Below, one piece after another: positions 17,688-26,302 of a DNA stretch of 64,000 nt. Positions within the stretch are counted from its first letter, which is position 1. Every line of letters starts with the position of its first letter. The notes below the pieces were generated by a model. The model ran no database searches. It was not told where the DNA came from and worked only from the letters and a program-made list of their open reading frames with translations. The stretch covers positions 1-64,000 of the IMG/VR virus record IMGVR_UViG_3300028592_000004, one strand, 5' to 3'. A program made the translations under genes and the position numbers.

Positions 17688-18106
17688 GGTTTCTCTTTCT
17701 TGAGGAGGGCCTCGGCAACGTCCAAGGCCTCTCGGGCAATCTCGCGGGGCTCTTTGTGGTTTCCCCTAACGGCGTGGTAGGCGATCACCGCCAGGAAGGC
17801 GATCACGCGGACGCCCAGAACGACGGGCAGAATCGGCGTTTCGGTCAGAGGCGATTTCATGGGTGTTCCTTGGAGAATGTGTGTGCGGAGCAGATAGCCG
17901 ACAGCCTTGTGGCCGGGATCCGCCCGCCGGGATGCTTCGCTCTCCCACAGGAATCGCCGAGAGCGGCCGAGGCCAGACTGCATCCAGTGGGAACCAAGAA
18001 CGCAGTTCGGGTAGGTCTTCCGTGCCGCGGCGACCGCCGACCTCTCGTTAGGAAACTGCTGCGTCTCGGGCTCGGTCTTGTACAGGCAGAGGGTGTACCT
18101 CATCAA
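17684..18106 (-). CDS. Hypothetical protein
   Basis: GAGGAG upstream; hydrophobic C-terminal half. Confidence 0.55.
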   Translation of the reverse strand: MMRYTLCLYKTEPETQQFPNERSAVAAARKTYPNCVLGSHWMQSGLGRSRRFLWESEASRRADPGHKAVGYLLRTHILQGTPMKSPLTETPILPVVLGVRVIAFLAVIAYHAVRGNHKEPREIAREALDVAEALLKKEKP

Positions 18107-18110
18107 CTCC

Positions 18111-18500
18111 TCACAGAATCTGGCGGAGGTTGGCTTCGAAGTCCTCGCCTGCGATCTGGATGATGTCCAGGTTGGTGATCTGGTAGTGGAAATTCCACTT
18201 CCCAGAGAACCCGTTCAGGCGAGCCCCGGGATCCTTCGGGTAGTGCGGCAGAAGCCGCTTGGCTTTCTCGACATCATCGAACCGACAGGCGATCCAGTTC
18301 CCGTAGACGTGAACCTTCAGCTCGCCGGCCTGGGTGTCGATGGTGTATTGCGTGGGATCCTCGGTGAGTGCCGGCTCGGCGCCGTGCTTCTGAAGGATCC
18401 CACAGATGGTGCGGATGAAGGTCTGCTCGCGCTTGACCTCAACCTGAGACTTGCCGTGGCGTTTGGTTCTCATAGGCAATCCTATCGGCTGGGTGGTCAT
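18111..18500 (-). CDS. Hypothetical protein
   Basis: GGAG before MTTQPIG. Confidence 0.55.
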   Translation of the reverse strand: MTTQPIGLPMRTKRHGKSQVEVKREQTFIRTICGILQKHGAEPALTEDPTQYTIDTQAGELKVHVYGNWIACRFDDVEKAKRLLPHYPKDPGARLNGFSGKWNFHYQITNLDIIQIAGEDFEANLRQIL

Positions 18501-18507
18501 GGTCTCC

Positions 18508-18789
18508 CTAAGCGAAGTTGACGCGATCAAGGGCCGCACGGCTGTAGATGCACGTGACAACCCAACACTGTCGGGCTGGACAGAAGCCGAGCGACCCCAG
18601 CAGATGCGTGCCGGTGACGCTCTTCTGACTCGGATCCACGATGGCGTTGACAGTCTCGCCGAGCAGACCTTTGAAGGTGACCTGCGTTCCGGCTGGCGGC
18701 GGATTAGCACCGTCCACAAACAGCTCGTCGTGTGGACCGCGGAGCTCTACGCCAACGACCTCGACAGGCATCTGAAAAGTCATGCTCAT
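18508..18789 (-). CDS. Hypothetical protein
   Basis: ATGA overlap. Confidence 0.55.
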   Translation of the reverse strand: MSMTFQMPVEVVGVELRGPHDELFVDGANPPPAGTQVTFKGLLGETVNAIVDPSQKSVTGTHLLGSLGFCPARQCWVVTCIYSRAALDRVNFA

Positions 18790-19205
18790 CTCGCGTGTCG
18801 AAGTTCTACGACGCCGAGAGCTTCCCTCGGCTCCTGGAAGACGCGATTTGCGTCGGTCGACTGCTGGATCTGGAAGTCGATCGGCAGGCCGGTCATCTTG
18901 TGACCCAGCTCACTGAAGGCCATGTTGAACGCCGCTAGCTTACCGTTCAGGCCTTGGTGACGCACGTCACCGAACAGGGCCTGGTATTCGTTGTCGGGCA
19001 GCATCAGCCGCACGTCAACATCTCGCCAGTCCCGAGTGTGGAGCGCGGAGCCAACCAGGTACGGCGGATGCCCGAAGGCGTGCCACACCTGGTGACCGAA
19101 CTCCTGCAGATAGCGATAGGCCGGCATCCCAACGCGGGACGGGCCGTGCCGCTCAGGCTTGGGCGGGTGGATCCGGCTGAGCGCTCTCAGGTTTCCGAAC
19201 AGCAT
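18786..19205 (-). CDS. Pol-beta-superfamily nucleotidyltransferase-like protein
   Basis: YLVGSA...WRDVDVRLM...IDFQIQ; start uncertain (19205 or 19127). Confidence 0.6.
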   Translation of the reverse strand: MLFGNLRALSRIHPPKPERHGPSRVGMPAYRYLQEFGHQVWHAFGHPPYLVGSALHTRDWRDVDVRLMLPDNEYQALFGDVRHQGLNGKLAAFNMAFSELGHKMTGLPIDFQIQQSTDANRVFQEPREALGVVELRHAR

Positions 19206-19545
19206 TATCATCCTCCCATCCATCACGTTGCCGCAGGTACTCGTCGGGAACGGCCGCGAACAAGACCTCAGGTGCGTTGAACTCGACCTCGTCTTCCCAC
19301 GTGCCATCGTAGTCAGAGCGGACGCTCTTGAGCGTGCCTACTGTCAGCACCTGGTAGTTGCCTTCGGCCGGCAGCTTGAACAGATCGCGTAGCTCAGCAT
19401 CATCGTAGGTGAGCTCGATGACCTCCTTGGCCCACGTCGCCAGAGGGATCACTGAGCCACTGGTTGGAACGAGCTCGTGTGCCCAGGTCTCAACCTCGAT
19501 CCCGTCCTCGCCGAGAAGCCACAGGCGTACGAAGAATGTCCTCAC
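19153..19545 (-). CDS. Hypothetical protein
   Basis: GTGA overlap. Confidence 0.55.
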   Translation of the reverse strand: MRTFFVRLWLLGEDGIEVETWAHELVPTSGSVIPLATWAKEVIELTYDDAELRDLFKLPAEGNYQVLTVGTLKSVRSDYDGTWEDEVEFNAPEVLFAAVPDEYLRQRDGWEDDNAVRKPESAQPDPPAQA

Positions 19546-20057
19546 CCGGACGCTCCTCCCGAGATGATGGGCTTCGTCTCGACGTACTCCTCGATCTGCA
19601 CGTGATCGTAGTAGGAGTCGTCATTCGAGTTGAAGATCCACCACTGGTTCTCCTTCTGGAGACGGGCGATCGGTTGGAACGTACCGCCGCCGGATCGCAT
19701 GCCCGGCAGATCATTGTTCGCGAAGCGGACCGTTGAGAATGGCCCCTCGACACGTCGGTCCTTGACGTCGACCTTGTCCCAGAAAGCGACCTGGAATCGC
19801 GTGGACCTCTCCTGCGGCGATGCGAACGCCGGCGAGGTCAGCTGGTTCACGAGGTGCTCGGCGTGCTGGGCGAGCCAACCGTTGCACAGTCGGTGAAGCG
19901 CGTTCGGAGTTTCCAGCAGCACGGCCTCCATCACTCCGGGTGTGACGTGGTCCCGCATCAGGTGGTAGATGAACGCGACCAGCGGCGGGTACTCCACCTC
20001 CAGCCCGCCAGAGGCAGCCACCAGCTTTTCACGGGAATCAGTTCTCGTCAGCGTCAT
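19542..20057 (-). CDS. Hypothetical protein
   Basis: GAGG before MTLTRTD. Confidence 0.55.
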   Translation of the reverse strand: MTLTRTDSREKLVAASGGLEVEYPPLVAFIYHLMRDHVTPGVMEAVLLETPNALHRLCNGWLAQHAEHLVNQLTSPAFASPQERSTRFQVAFWDKVDVKDRRVEGPFSTVRFANNDLPGMRSGGGTFQPIARLQKENQWWIFNSNDDSYYDHVQIEEYVETKPIISGGASG

Positions 20058-20337
20058 CGTCTTCCTCGGTTTCGTCGAGTTCTTCCAGGTCCGCTTCCAG
20101 CTCTTGCAACTCCTCCCCGATCTCTTCGGCGTAGTTCTCCTCGACTGAGAACAGCAGCGTATGGATCGAAAACTCACCGTTACGATGAGCGAGGTGGCAC
20201 AAGTCGACCATCAGATCCGTGATGGCACTCATGGGATCCGCGGTCAGCACTGAGGGGTGATCCCCGCAGGCTTTCACGAATGTTTCGAGCGCTTCCTGCG
20301 CCCAGTCAGCCCGTTGGTCGTTCGTGGGCGTTGTCAT
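20038..20337 (-). CDS. Small acidic protein
   Basis: C-terminus EEIGEELQELEADLEELDETEEDDDADEN. Confidence 0.6.
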   Translation of the reverse strand: MTTPTNDQRADWAQEALETFVKACGDHPSVLTADPMSAITDLMVDLCHLAHRNGEFSIHTLLFSVEENYAEEIGEELQELEADLEELDETEEDDDADEN

Positions 20338-20780
20338 GATGGCTTCTCGGGAGCAGGAATCGGTTCAAGCCGAGTCCGCTCGATGAACTTTTTCGCGGCG
20401 GACGCCAACGCGTTCCACTGCTCAGTGCTGACCTGGACTTTCGTCCAACCGTCTGCCCCGGGGTGACTCATACTTTCAGCCAGAACTCCAGCCACCCGCC
20501 GCACGATCTGGATCGCCTGGTGGGCATCGGAAAGATCGTCATACTGCGGTCGGAACTGCTGTACGGCGAGATCGTCTTCCCACCGGTCGTCGAACATCTG
20601 CATGATGTCGTACTGCACGGTCCCCATCCGTTCGAACAGTTCTCGCAGGTGGAATGCGAGTCTGGCACGCTCTGAAGCGTAGGTCGTAGGTGGGGACAGT
20701 TCTTTGACGACCTCTCTGATCAGGTCGGCGCCGGCGCAGGCCTCCGCTACCCGAGCCAGCAATTTAGTTGCCAGGGCCAC
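20334..20780 (-). CDS. Hypothetical protein
   Basis: AAGGAGG before GTG. Confidence 0.6.
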   Translation of the reverse strand: MALATKLLARVAEACAGADLIREVVKELSPPTTYASERARLAFHLRELFERMGTVQYDIMQMFDDRWEDDLAVQQFRPQYDDLSDAHQAIQIVRRVAGVLAESMSHPGADGWTKVQVSTEQWNALASAAKKFIERTRLEPIPAPEKPS

Positions 20781-20795
20781 GTGGCCCTCCTTTCA

Positions 20796-21119
20796 TTAGG
20801 GTCGGACTGCCGTCTCTCCTGTTTCGCCGGTCCGGATACGGATCGCCTCTTCCAGGTTGCTCACCCAGATGAGTCCGTCTCCAGTCTTACCGGTCCTGGC
20901 CTTTGCGATCGCTGCGACGGCCGCGTCGACCTCGCTGTCCAGGACCACGATGTCGAGCTTCAGCTTCGGCAGGAAGTCGGCGCAAAAGTCCTTCGGGTTT
21001 TGCTTCCGACCGATTCCACGAGCCTCGGTCACCGTCATCGCGTGGATGCCGGCTTCGAGAAGTGCTTGCTGGACATCCGACAGCTTGTAGTGGCGGATGA
21101 CCGCTTCGATCTTCTTCAC
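20796..21119 (-). CDS. glnB: PII-family nitrogen signalling protein with shortened T-loop
   Basis: MKKIEAVIR, MTVTEARGIGR, DFLPKLK, TGKTGDG, IRIRTGE align colinearly with GlnB/GlnK. Confidence 0.9.
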   Translation of the reverse strand: MKKIEAVIRHYKLSDVQQALLEAGIHAMTVTEARGIGRKQNPKDFCADFLPKLKLDIVVLDSEVDAAVAAIAKARTGKTGDGLIWVSNLEEAIRIRTGETGETAVRP

Positions 21120-21130
21120 GTCGATTCTCC

Positions 21131-21601
21131 TCAGACGACCTTGTGCTGGCGGTACACGACCGCCATGTCGACATGGCGGTCAGACTCTGGAAGCCGATAT
21201 CTGCAGGTCTTCGGTTCCGCGGTGAGGTCATAACCTTCTGAGGTTCCGTGGCGAAGCAACCACTTAATCCGGGCAACGGCCGCGTTCCGATTTGCACAGC
21301 CGGCCTGCATCAGGAACAGAAAGGACGCGAGCTGCCCGTTCAATCCAAGATGCGCGGCCGCTGCATCAAACACTCCACGTTGGCGGGCGTGGATGTCGTC
21401 ACCGTGCAGATCAAACAAAATGCACGCGTGCCCAGCAACACACGCAGTTGTCCCGCAGTTGTAGACTGCACCCTTCGTGCCTTTCTTCGCCTGGAACTTC
21501 CGCTCGGCTATCGAGCGCCCGAAGTAGATCTTGTAGTTGAACTTCTCGGGCGGAGATTCCAGCAGGTACTTCATCAACCTTCGCAAACGACCCTTTCGCA
21601 T
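21131..21601 (-). CDS. Hypothetical phage protein (CGTxAC-x-AG motif)
   Basis: FNYKIYF...NCGTTACVAGHA. Confidence 0.6.
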   Translation of the reverse strand: MRKGRLRRLMKYLLESPPEKFNYKIYFGRSIAERKFQAKKGTKGAVYNCGTTACVAGHACILFDLHGDDIHARQRGVFDAAAAHLGLNGQLASFLFLMQAGCANRNAAVARIKWLLRHGTSEGYDLTAEPKTCRYRLPESDRHVDMAVVYRQHKVV

Positions 21602-21603
21602 GA

Positions 21604-21954
21604 TTACTCCTCAGATCGGGTTAGAAGGGATTTGTGGAAGCGAACTTCCTCGTCGGGCAGTGCATCGGGAACGAGATACCCGTGCTCCCAGACCTTTTTG
21701 CCGTGGCTGTCTGCGAACATGACGCCGAAGCAACCTGGCCGGTTGAGTCGATGTCCGGTCAGCGGATTCCAGCCGATGATGATGTAGTCTCGGTATGCGG
21801 AATTGGCGTACGGGGTCCGCGTGTAGGTGAACAGCTCCCCGTTCCGCATCTGCATCAGGATCGGAATTCGCTGGTGTGCGACCATCCGTGTGACCGTGAA
21901 ACTCCTCGCGGAGATCCTCGGGAGCTTGGATAGGGGCGTTGAGTCGTCAGCCAC
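21604..21954 (-). CDS. Hypothetical protein
   Basis: Start uncertain (GTG 21954 or ATG 21885). Confidence 0.5.
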   Translation of the reverse strand: MADDSTPLSKLPRISARSFTVTRMVAHQRIPILMQMRNGELFTYTRTPYANSAYRDYIIIGWNPLTGHRLNRPGCFGVMFADSHGKKVWEHGYLVPDALPDEEVRFHKSLLTRSEE

Positions 21955-22141
21955 TCTTGTCCTCCACGACGAGGGTCTCGTTGCCTTTCGGCTCGCCCTC
22001 ATCGACCCAGCCGATGCCGACCCAACGGAGGCGTTTGCCTCCGGCGACAACTACCTGCGGCAGGTCCTTGCTGTTGGTGAACTCCAGCCGTTTGAGGCGG
22101 GAGTATTCGATGGTCTTCCGTGGCTTCTTTTTAGCCATCAC
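21947..22141 (-). CDS. Small hypothetical protein
   Basis: GGAG upstream. Confidence 0.55.
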   Translation of the reverse strand: MMAKKKPRKTIEYSRLKRLEFTNSKDLPQVVVAGGKRLRWVGIGWVDEGEPKGNETLVVEDKSG

Positions 22142-22520
22142 AATCTCCCGGGTTGAACTGGTTGAGCGGGATCATCGGATAGTGCGTGACCCCGAGAGCC
22201 TTCAGAGCGTAGAGGCGATGGTAGCCGTCTCGCAGCAGGCCACGCAGGCAGTCGATGATCAGCGGCGGGAACTGGCAGCCACGAGCCATCGCAACCACGT
22301 ACTCCGCAGCTTTCTTGTAGTCCTCACTGGACCAGCAGGCGCCGCTGCTGCGGTCGTCGTTGCACAGATCGTCCCACTCGTCCCAGTGGTCTGAGATGGG
22401 GCGGAGCCACACCTGAATGACCTGGTCAGGCCGAAATCCTCGTCTGACCAGGTCGGTGAGCAGCACCTGCATGTCAGCCGGCAGGCTGTCGAAGCGAATC
22501 CGGAATGGCGGACCGCCCAC
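22131..22520 (-). CDS. ParB/sulfiredoxin N-terminal-like domain protein
   Basis: FPPLII...LRDGYHRLYALKALG. Confidence 0.65.
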   Translation of the reverse strand: MGGPPFRIRFDSLPADMQVLLTDLVRRGFRPDQVIQVWLRPISDHWDEWDDLCNDDRSSGACWSSEDYKKAAEYVVAMARGCQFPPLIIDCLRGLLRDGYHRLYALKALGVTHYPMIPLNQFNPGDCDG

Positions 22521-22521
22521 G

Positions 22522-23172
22522 TCAGTTCTGCGGCGTGAACGAGTCGGGATCGGCATCGAACGCCTTCTTGTCCACGATGTCGCCGTGTGGTGTTCGAACG
22601 AGGTTCATGGCAGCCAACTCGGCATCTGAGAGGTGAGGCGCCTGGGCTGGAACGATGTCCTCCGGCCGAGCCGGCATCTGGGGATTGTCCGGCAGCCCCA
22701 CCGCCCGTAGCTGATCGTTGGACGGGTCCACGTAGTCGCGATAGTACCACGTGAAGGTGAGGCGGATTGCTCCAGCCTCCTGTCGCTCTGCCTCGATCGT
22801 AGGCATGGTCAAGAATCGCTGACCGTCCGAGATCAGGTTCTCGCGGATGAAGTCGCCGACCGCCGTCTCCATCGCCAGTTCGACCGAGTTGGAAAGAAGC
22901 ACTGCGGTGTAGAAGGCCACCCGCTTCTTGATGTTTCCTGGGGCGCTGCTGGTCGCCATGACGATCGGCATGACGCTGTGGACCCTCGGGTACGGCGCAC
23001 CGTTGACGTACTTGGTGACGAACCAGAAGTGCTCGACGGGCTGCTTGGTCCCGACTGGCTCCAGCATGAGCTTTCCAAGCTGCTCCATCAGGAGCTTCAT
23101 GGCGAACTGCAGCAGGATGATACCGCCCATTCTCGACTGGGCCTCGTCGATTCCGAATCTCGTAGTGGTCAT
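22522..23172 (-). CDS. Hypothetical protein
   Basis: ATG 4 nt after 20-bp site. Confidence 0.6.
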   Translation of the reverse strand: MTTTRFGIDEAQSRMGGIILLQFAMKLLMEQLGKLMLEPVGTKQPVEHFWFVTKYVNGAPYPRVHSVMPIVMATSSAPGNIKKRVAFYTAVLLSNSVELAMETAVGDFIRENLISDGQRFLTMPTIEAERQEAGAIRLTFTWYYRDYVDPSNDQLRAVGLPDNPQMPARPEDIVPAQAPHLSDAELAAMNLVRTPHGDIVDKKAFDADPDSFTPQN

Positions 23173-23176
23173 TGTG

Positions 23177-23196
23177 TTCAATGCGCGGGTATTGGA
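23177..23196. promoter_or_regulatory. 20-bp site, copy 3
   Basis: TTCAATGCGCGGGTATTGGA, intergenic. Confidence 0.75.
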
Positions 23197-23220
23197 ATTG
23201 GGGATCGGGAATTGGGAATT
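23187..23220. repeat. Five imperfect heptamer tandem repeats (GGGAATT)
   Basis: GGGTATT GGAATT GGGGATC GGGAATT GGGAATT. Confidence 0.7.
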
Positions 23221-23691
23221 TCAGCCAGTGTGGTCCGGATGCGGGTAGGCCGCGATCGACTCCAGCTGCTGCGGCGTCGGCACAGGGCGGAATCGCCAGC
23301 CCCACGAGAAGCCCAGATCCATCGTTTCTGGGCTGGCCCGGGTCACGCGGATCCGCGGCAGGCAGGCCAGACCCACAAGGCCGCTCTTCTCGCCAGGGTC
23401 GCCGGCCAGTGTGAAGCGCTTGTAGATCTCACGCAGGGCGAGGTAAGTCTGATCCGGCTGACCGACAGCGGCCGACTGCGAGAGGTAGCCGTGCTGCAGA
23501 TCACTGGGTTCCCCGGTAATCGCCAGCACCTGCGGAGTGACCAGGTAGATGCGTGGGCAAGGCTCAATCGAGCTCGCCAGCAGGAAGTACAGCGCCGTCA
23601 GATCCTTGGATTGATCCAGGTCGACGCCGGCTGCGTTGCGATGGAGGCGAACAGCCTCCTTGTGGAGCATTTCGTACTGCTCATCCGTCAC
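23221..23691 (-). CDS. Hypothetical protein
   Basis: GAGGAG before GTG-ACG-GAT. Confidence 0.6.
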   Translation of the reverse strand: MTDEQYEMLHKEAVRLHRNAAGVDLDQSKDLTALYFLLASSIEPCPRIYLVTPQVLAITGEPSDLQHGYLSQSAAVGQPDQTYLALREIYKRFTLAGDPGEKSGLVGLACLPRIRVTRASPETMDLGFSWGWRFRPVPTPQQLESIAAYPHPDHTG

Positions 23692-23728
23692 GGGATTCTC
23701 CTCGGGTATTGGAGTTGGTAAGTCGGAT

Positions 23729-23908
23729 CTACCAGTTTCCACCGGCAGTGCTGGCGTCGCCGAAGGAGCAGGGACCGCACATGCCCGTTGCAGGAAGCGT
23801 CGGCACACTTCCACAGACACTGCACGGTTTTGACCAGTCTGGCTTCGTCATCTCGGGCGAGAGGACTTCCGGCTCTGGCTCGTCATTAGCATTTTCAGTA
23901 TCAGACAC
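23729..23908 (-). CDS. 59-aa zinc-ribbon protein
   Basis: Own translation ...PDWSKPCSVCGSVPTLPATGMCGPCSFGDASTAGGNW. Confidence 0.65.
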   Translation of the reverse strand: MSDTENANDEPEPEVLSPEMTKPDWSKPCSVCGSVPTLPATGMCGPCSFGDASTAGGNW

Positions 23909-23911
23909 TAC

Positions 23912-24700
23912 TCAGACCTCAGCTTCGAGAAACAGGGCGACGGCTGCCTCCTGCGCAGGCGTGATGCGCGGCACAAACCGACAGCACCAGCACATCGAAA
24001 ACTCGACTTCCAACTCATTGAACCGATTGGCCCACAGATGCGGCGTAGTCGTGAGGCTGACGAGGTCGCCATCGCCTGGATTCGTAAAAGTGAGGTAGCG
24101 AGCGTAGAGCTGGTCTACCGTCGATACGAATCGAGCAGCACTTCCGGCATCGAGCCCAATCGTAAACAGGAGCTGACCGAACTTGATGTCGGCGGGCGGG
24201 CCAAACATGGCGATAACTTCGGCACCAGCCAGTACGGTGTTCGGCTGCTCCGCCGCGCCGTGAAAGTAGAAGTACGCAGTTTGAACCCGCCGCTTTTCGC
24301 CGATCGGGAACGCCTTGACCTTGCCAAGGAGTTCCTCGGCGTCTGCGAGCGGCGTGAAAGTCGTATGACGGGATGCGTTTGACACGCCAAACTTGTCCTT
24401 TCTGTTGAGATCTCGGAGGAAGGCCTGAACGTGGTAGGCCCCGCTCTGAGCGCTAGCCGCAAAGGCATCGACCGGTAGACCGTAGATGTGCTGCCGCAGC
24501 CGCACAGCAACGAGACCCCGGCACTTTTCGATGAAGCTCTTCTGCAATGGGCCTTCGCTGTGCTGTCCGGCGCGGGCCAAAACGTCCTCCGCCAGGCCGG
24601 CGTCGAACATGGGGAGATCGCCTGCCATCTTACGGAGTTCGTAGTGCGGGCAGTTGCTGAAGATGTTTGGCAGCTTCGGTATGTCAGTTGGTCTTTTCAC
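23912..24700 (-). CDS. Hypothetical protein
   Basis: 262-aa ORF. Confidence 0.6.
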   Translation of the reverse strand: MKRPTDIPKLPNIFSNCPHYELRKMAGDLPMFDAGLAEDVLARAGQHSEGPLQKSFIEKCRGLVAVRLRQHIYGLPVDAFAASAQSGAYHVQAFLRDLNRKDKFGVSNASRHTTFTPLADAEELLGKVKAFPIGEKRRVQTAYFYFHGAAEQPNTVLAGAEVIAMFGPPADIKFGQLLFTIGLDAGSAARFVSTVDQLYARYLTFTNPGDGDLVSLTTTPHLWANRFNELEVEFSMCWCCRFVPRITPAQEAAVALFLEAEV

Positions 24701-24709
24701 AGCGTCTTT

Positions 24710-24877
24710 TCAACTCCAGATACCGATGGCAAAGAGAGCGAAGAAGAACAGCAGCACCCACTCGTACCAGCTCCAGCCCCACCGCTCCCGGTCGCAGTGC
24801 AGGCAGACGTAGCGAAGCGGAACGGGAAAGCGAGCCGGGCAGTGCGGGTTGTTTCGGTTGCAGCGTTTGCAGTGCAT
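24710..24877 (-). CDS. Small Zn-finger plus TM protein
   Basis: CKRC ... CLHC then hydrophobic tail. Confidence 0.55.
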   Translation of the reverse strand: MHCKRCNRNNPHCPARFPVPLRYVCLHCDRERWGWSWYEWVLLFFFALFAIGIWS

Positions 24878-24890
24878 CAGGTTTCCTGGG

Positions 24891-25334
24891 TCAGTAGTCG
24901 CCGGCAACACGGTACGGGAAGACGTGCGACTTGACCGTCTTCAAGACATTCGGCTGCATCTCGATCCACTCGATGTGCCAGCGCCGCTCGGGCGCCGCAT
25001 CTGGATCGTCGGTGTGCTCCTCGAATTCCACGATCCGGATCGACTGAGTGGAGTTAGTGACCGATTTGATCACCTGCCGTCTGAGGTACGGATACGGCTC
25101 CTCGCCGGTGTCGCGCTGTGTTGTTCCGAAGATCGCACCGCGCAGAACCGGCAGAGCCCGTCCTAATTCCGCGTGATCCCACAGAGCTTTCAACGCTTTG
25201 TCGATATCCGCCGTCCCTCGACGCGACTGGCGAACTCCGACAGCCGCGACCAGCCAAGCCACAATCTCCAGACCCTTGGCCGCTTCTTCCATCCGTTGTC
25301 TATGCGCCGGGTTCGTTTCTTCGGTTGCGCTCAT
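24891..25334 (-). CDS. Hypothetical protein (LW-x-HA...LPV family)
   Basis: LWDHAELGRALPVLRGAIFG, VTNST, HVFPYR. Confidence 0.65.
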   Translation of the reverse strand: MSATEETNPAHRQRMEEAAKGLEIVAWLVAAVGVRQSRRGTADIDKALKALWDHAELGRALPVLRGAIFGTTQRDTGEEPYPYLRRQVIKSVTNSTQSIRIVEFEEHTDDPDAAPERRWHIEWIEMQPNVLKTVKSHVFPYRVAGDY

Positions 25335-25843
25335 GATCCGGTGACTTCCTTTCTGAGACGCTTGTAAGGGAATGCGTAGGCGGACACGACACGCAGATCC
25401 TCGTCGCGATCGACCACGCTCTCAATCCGCCATTCTTTGTGCTTGAAGACCTGGCCCAGAATCACCGTCTCGACCTGCCGCATGCGAAGGGTCTTGGTCG
25501 AGTTCACCACGGAGGTATTGTCCGCGTACCAGAGGATCGGAGACTCCGTTTGGCCGGCCAGCAGGAGTTCTGGAATCTCGTAAACCCCGAAGATCGGCCC
25601 TATGAGCACAGGGAGTGCCAGCCCCTCAGAGGCGTGTTCCCAGAGCCGGTTCAGCCATTTGTCCACATCCGCATCCGCCCACGAGCTATTCAGCTGCTTG
25701 ACAAACAGGCCACCCAGCAAAGCTCTGACGTATCCCAGCGCAAGGCGGGCGTCCTCTGTTTCTTTGCTCGTCTGCTCGCTGGGCGCCGGTTTCCGCGGCT
25801 CCCGATCAAACGCGGAACCGGCACTTCCTGGTCCGTCACCCAT
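25331..25843 (-). CDS. Hypothetical protein (LW-x-HA...LPV family)
   Basis: LWEHASEGLALPVLIGPIFG, VVNST, YAFPYK. Confidence 0.65.
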   Translation of the reverse strand: MGDGPGSAGSAFDREPRKPAPSEQTSKETEDARLALGYVRALLGGLFVKQLNSSWADADVDKWLNRLWEHASEGLALPVLIGPIFGVYEIPELLLAGQTESPILWYADNTSVVNSTKTLRMRQVETVILGQVFKHKEWRIESVVDRDEDLRVVSAYAFPYKRLRKEVTGS

Positions 25844-25882
25844 GTTCGTTGTCCTCGTGTATTGGAATCAGCCCTGGCCCGG

Positions 25883-25922
25883 AAAAGGTGAATGAGTGTC
25901 GGGGTTGCCTGACTCATTCACC
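25883..25922 (-). terminator. Probable intrinsic terminator
   Basis: GGTGAATGAGT / ACTCATTCACC 11-bp stem followed by TTTT on minus strand. Confidence 0.55.
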
Positions 25923-25987
25923 CTCCCCGCGCCATTTTGCATCACTCTCCCACGCTCCGCCCAGAGGGGCGCAATCGCACGGGATGG

Positions 25988-26188
25988 TCAAATTCGGCGT
26001 TTCACACTACGCCAGCGAACAAGGGCCGCATCGTGCTCCCGTGACCAGAAGTAGGCAATAATCCACGCCAGCATCAGAAACCGTGTTTTGCACGTCTTCT
26101 GTGGATACGGGCAGATATCGCCGTACCACGTGTGTTTGCTCACCTCGTAGTACACATTCACTCCTTCCTGCGTTGTCTTCAGACGCAT
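25988..26188 (-). CDS. Small hypothetical protein
   Basis: Overlaps upstream stop. Confidence 0.5.
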   Translation of the reverse strand: MRLKTTQEGVNVYYEVSKHTWYGDICPYPQKTCKTRFLMLAWIIAYFWSREHDAALVRWRSVKRRI

Positions 26189-26286
26189 CCCTGGTTTCGC
26201 ATTTCTCTCTCAGGAGTTCTTTCGCCCGTAATCCGCCTGATCTCTCGTTGTTGGCGGGCTTCACGTTCCAATTCTCCCCACGTCAC
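26179..26286 (-). CDS. 35-aa hypothetical protein
   Basis: GGAGGTG then GTG; MTWGELEREARQQREIRR... Confidence 0.45.
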   Translation of the reverse strand: MTWGELEREARQQREIRRITGERTPEREMRNQGCV

Positions 26287-26302
26287 TTCGCATCACCTCC
26301 TC

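Noticed and set aside
21131-21601. CGTTACVAG protein as a seventh CxxCLAG-family member
   Set aside because: Cys spacing differs (C-x4-C) and the WLE-x-A-x-x-DL and D-x-x-R-x-G motifs are absent; at most a distant relative
25845-25867. TTCCAATACACGAGGACAACGAA upstream of the 25331 gene as another site
   Set aside because: Upstream arm matches copy 3 but the invariant ATTGAA arm is missing; at most a decayed copy
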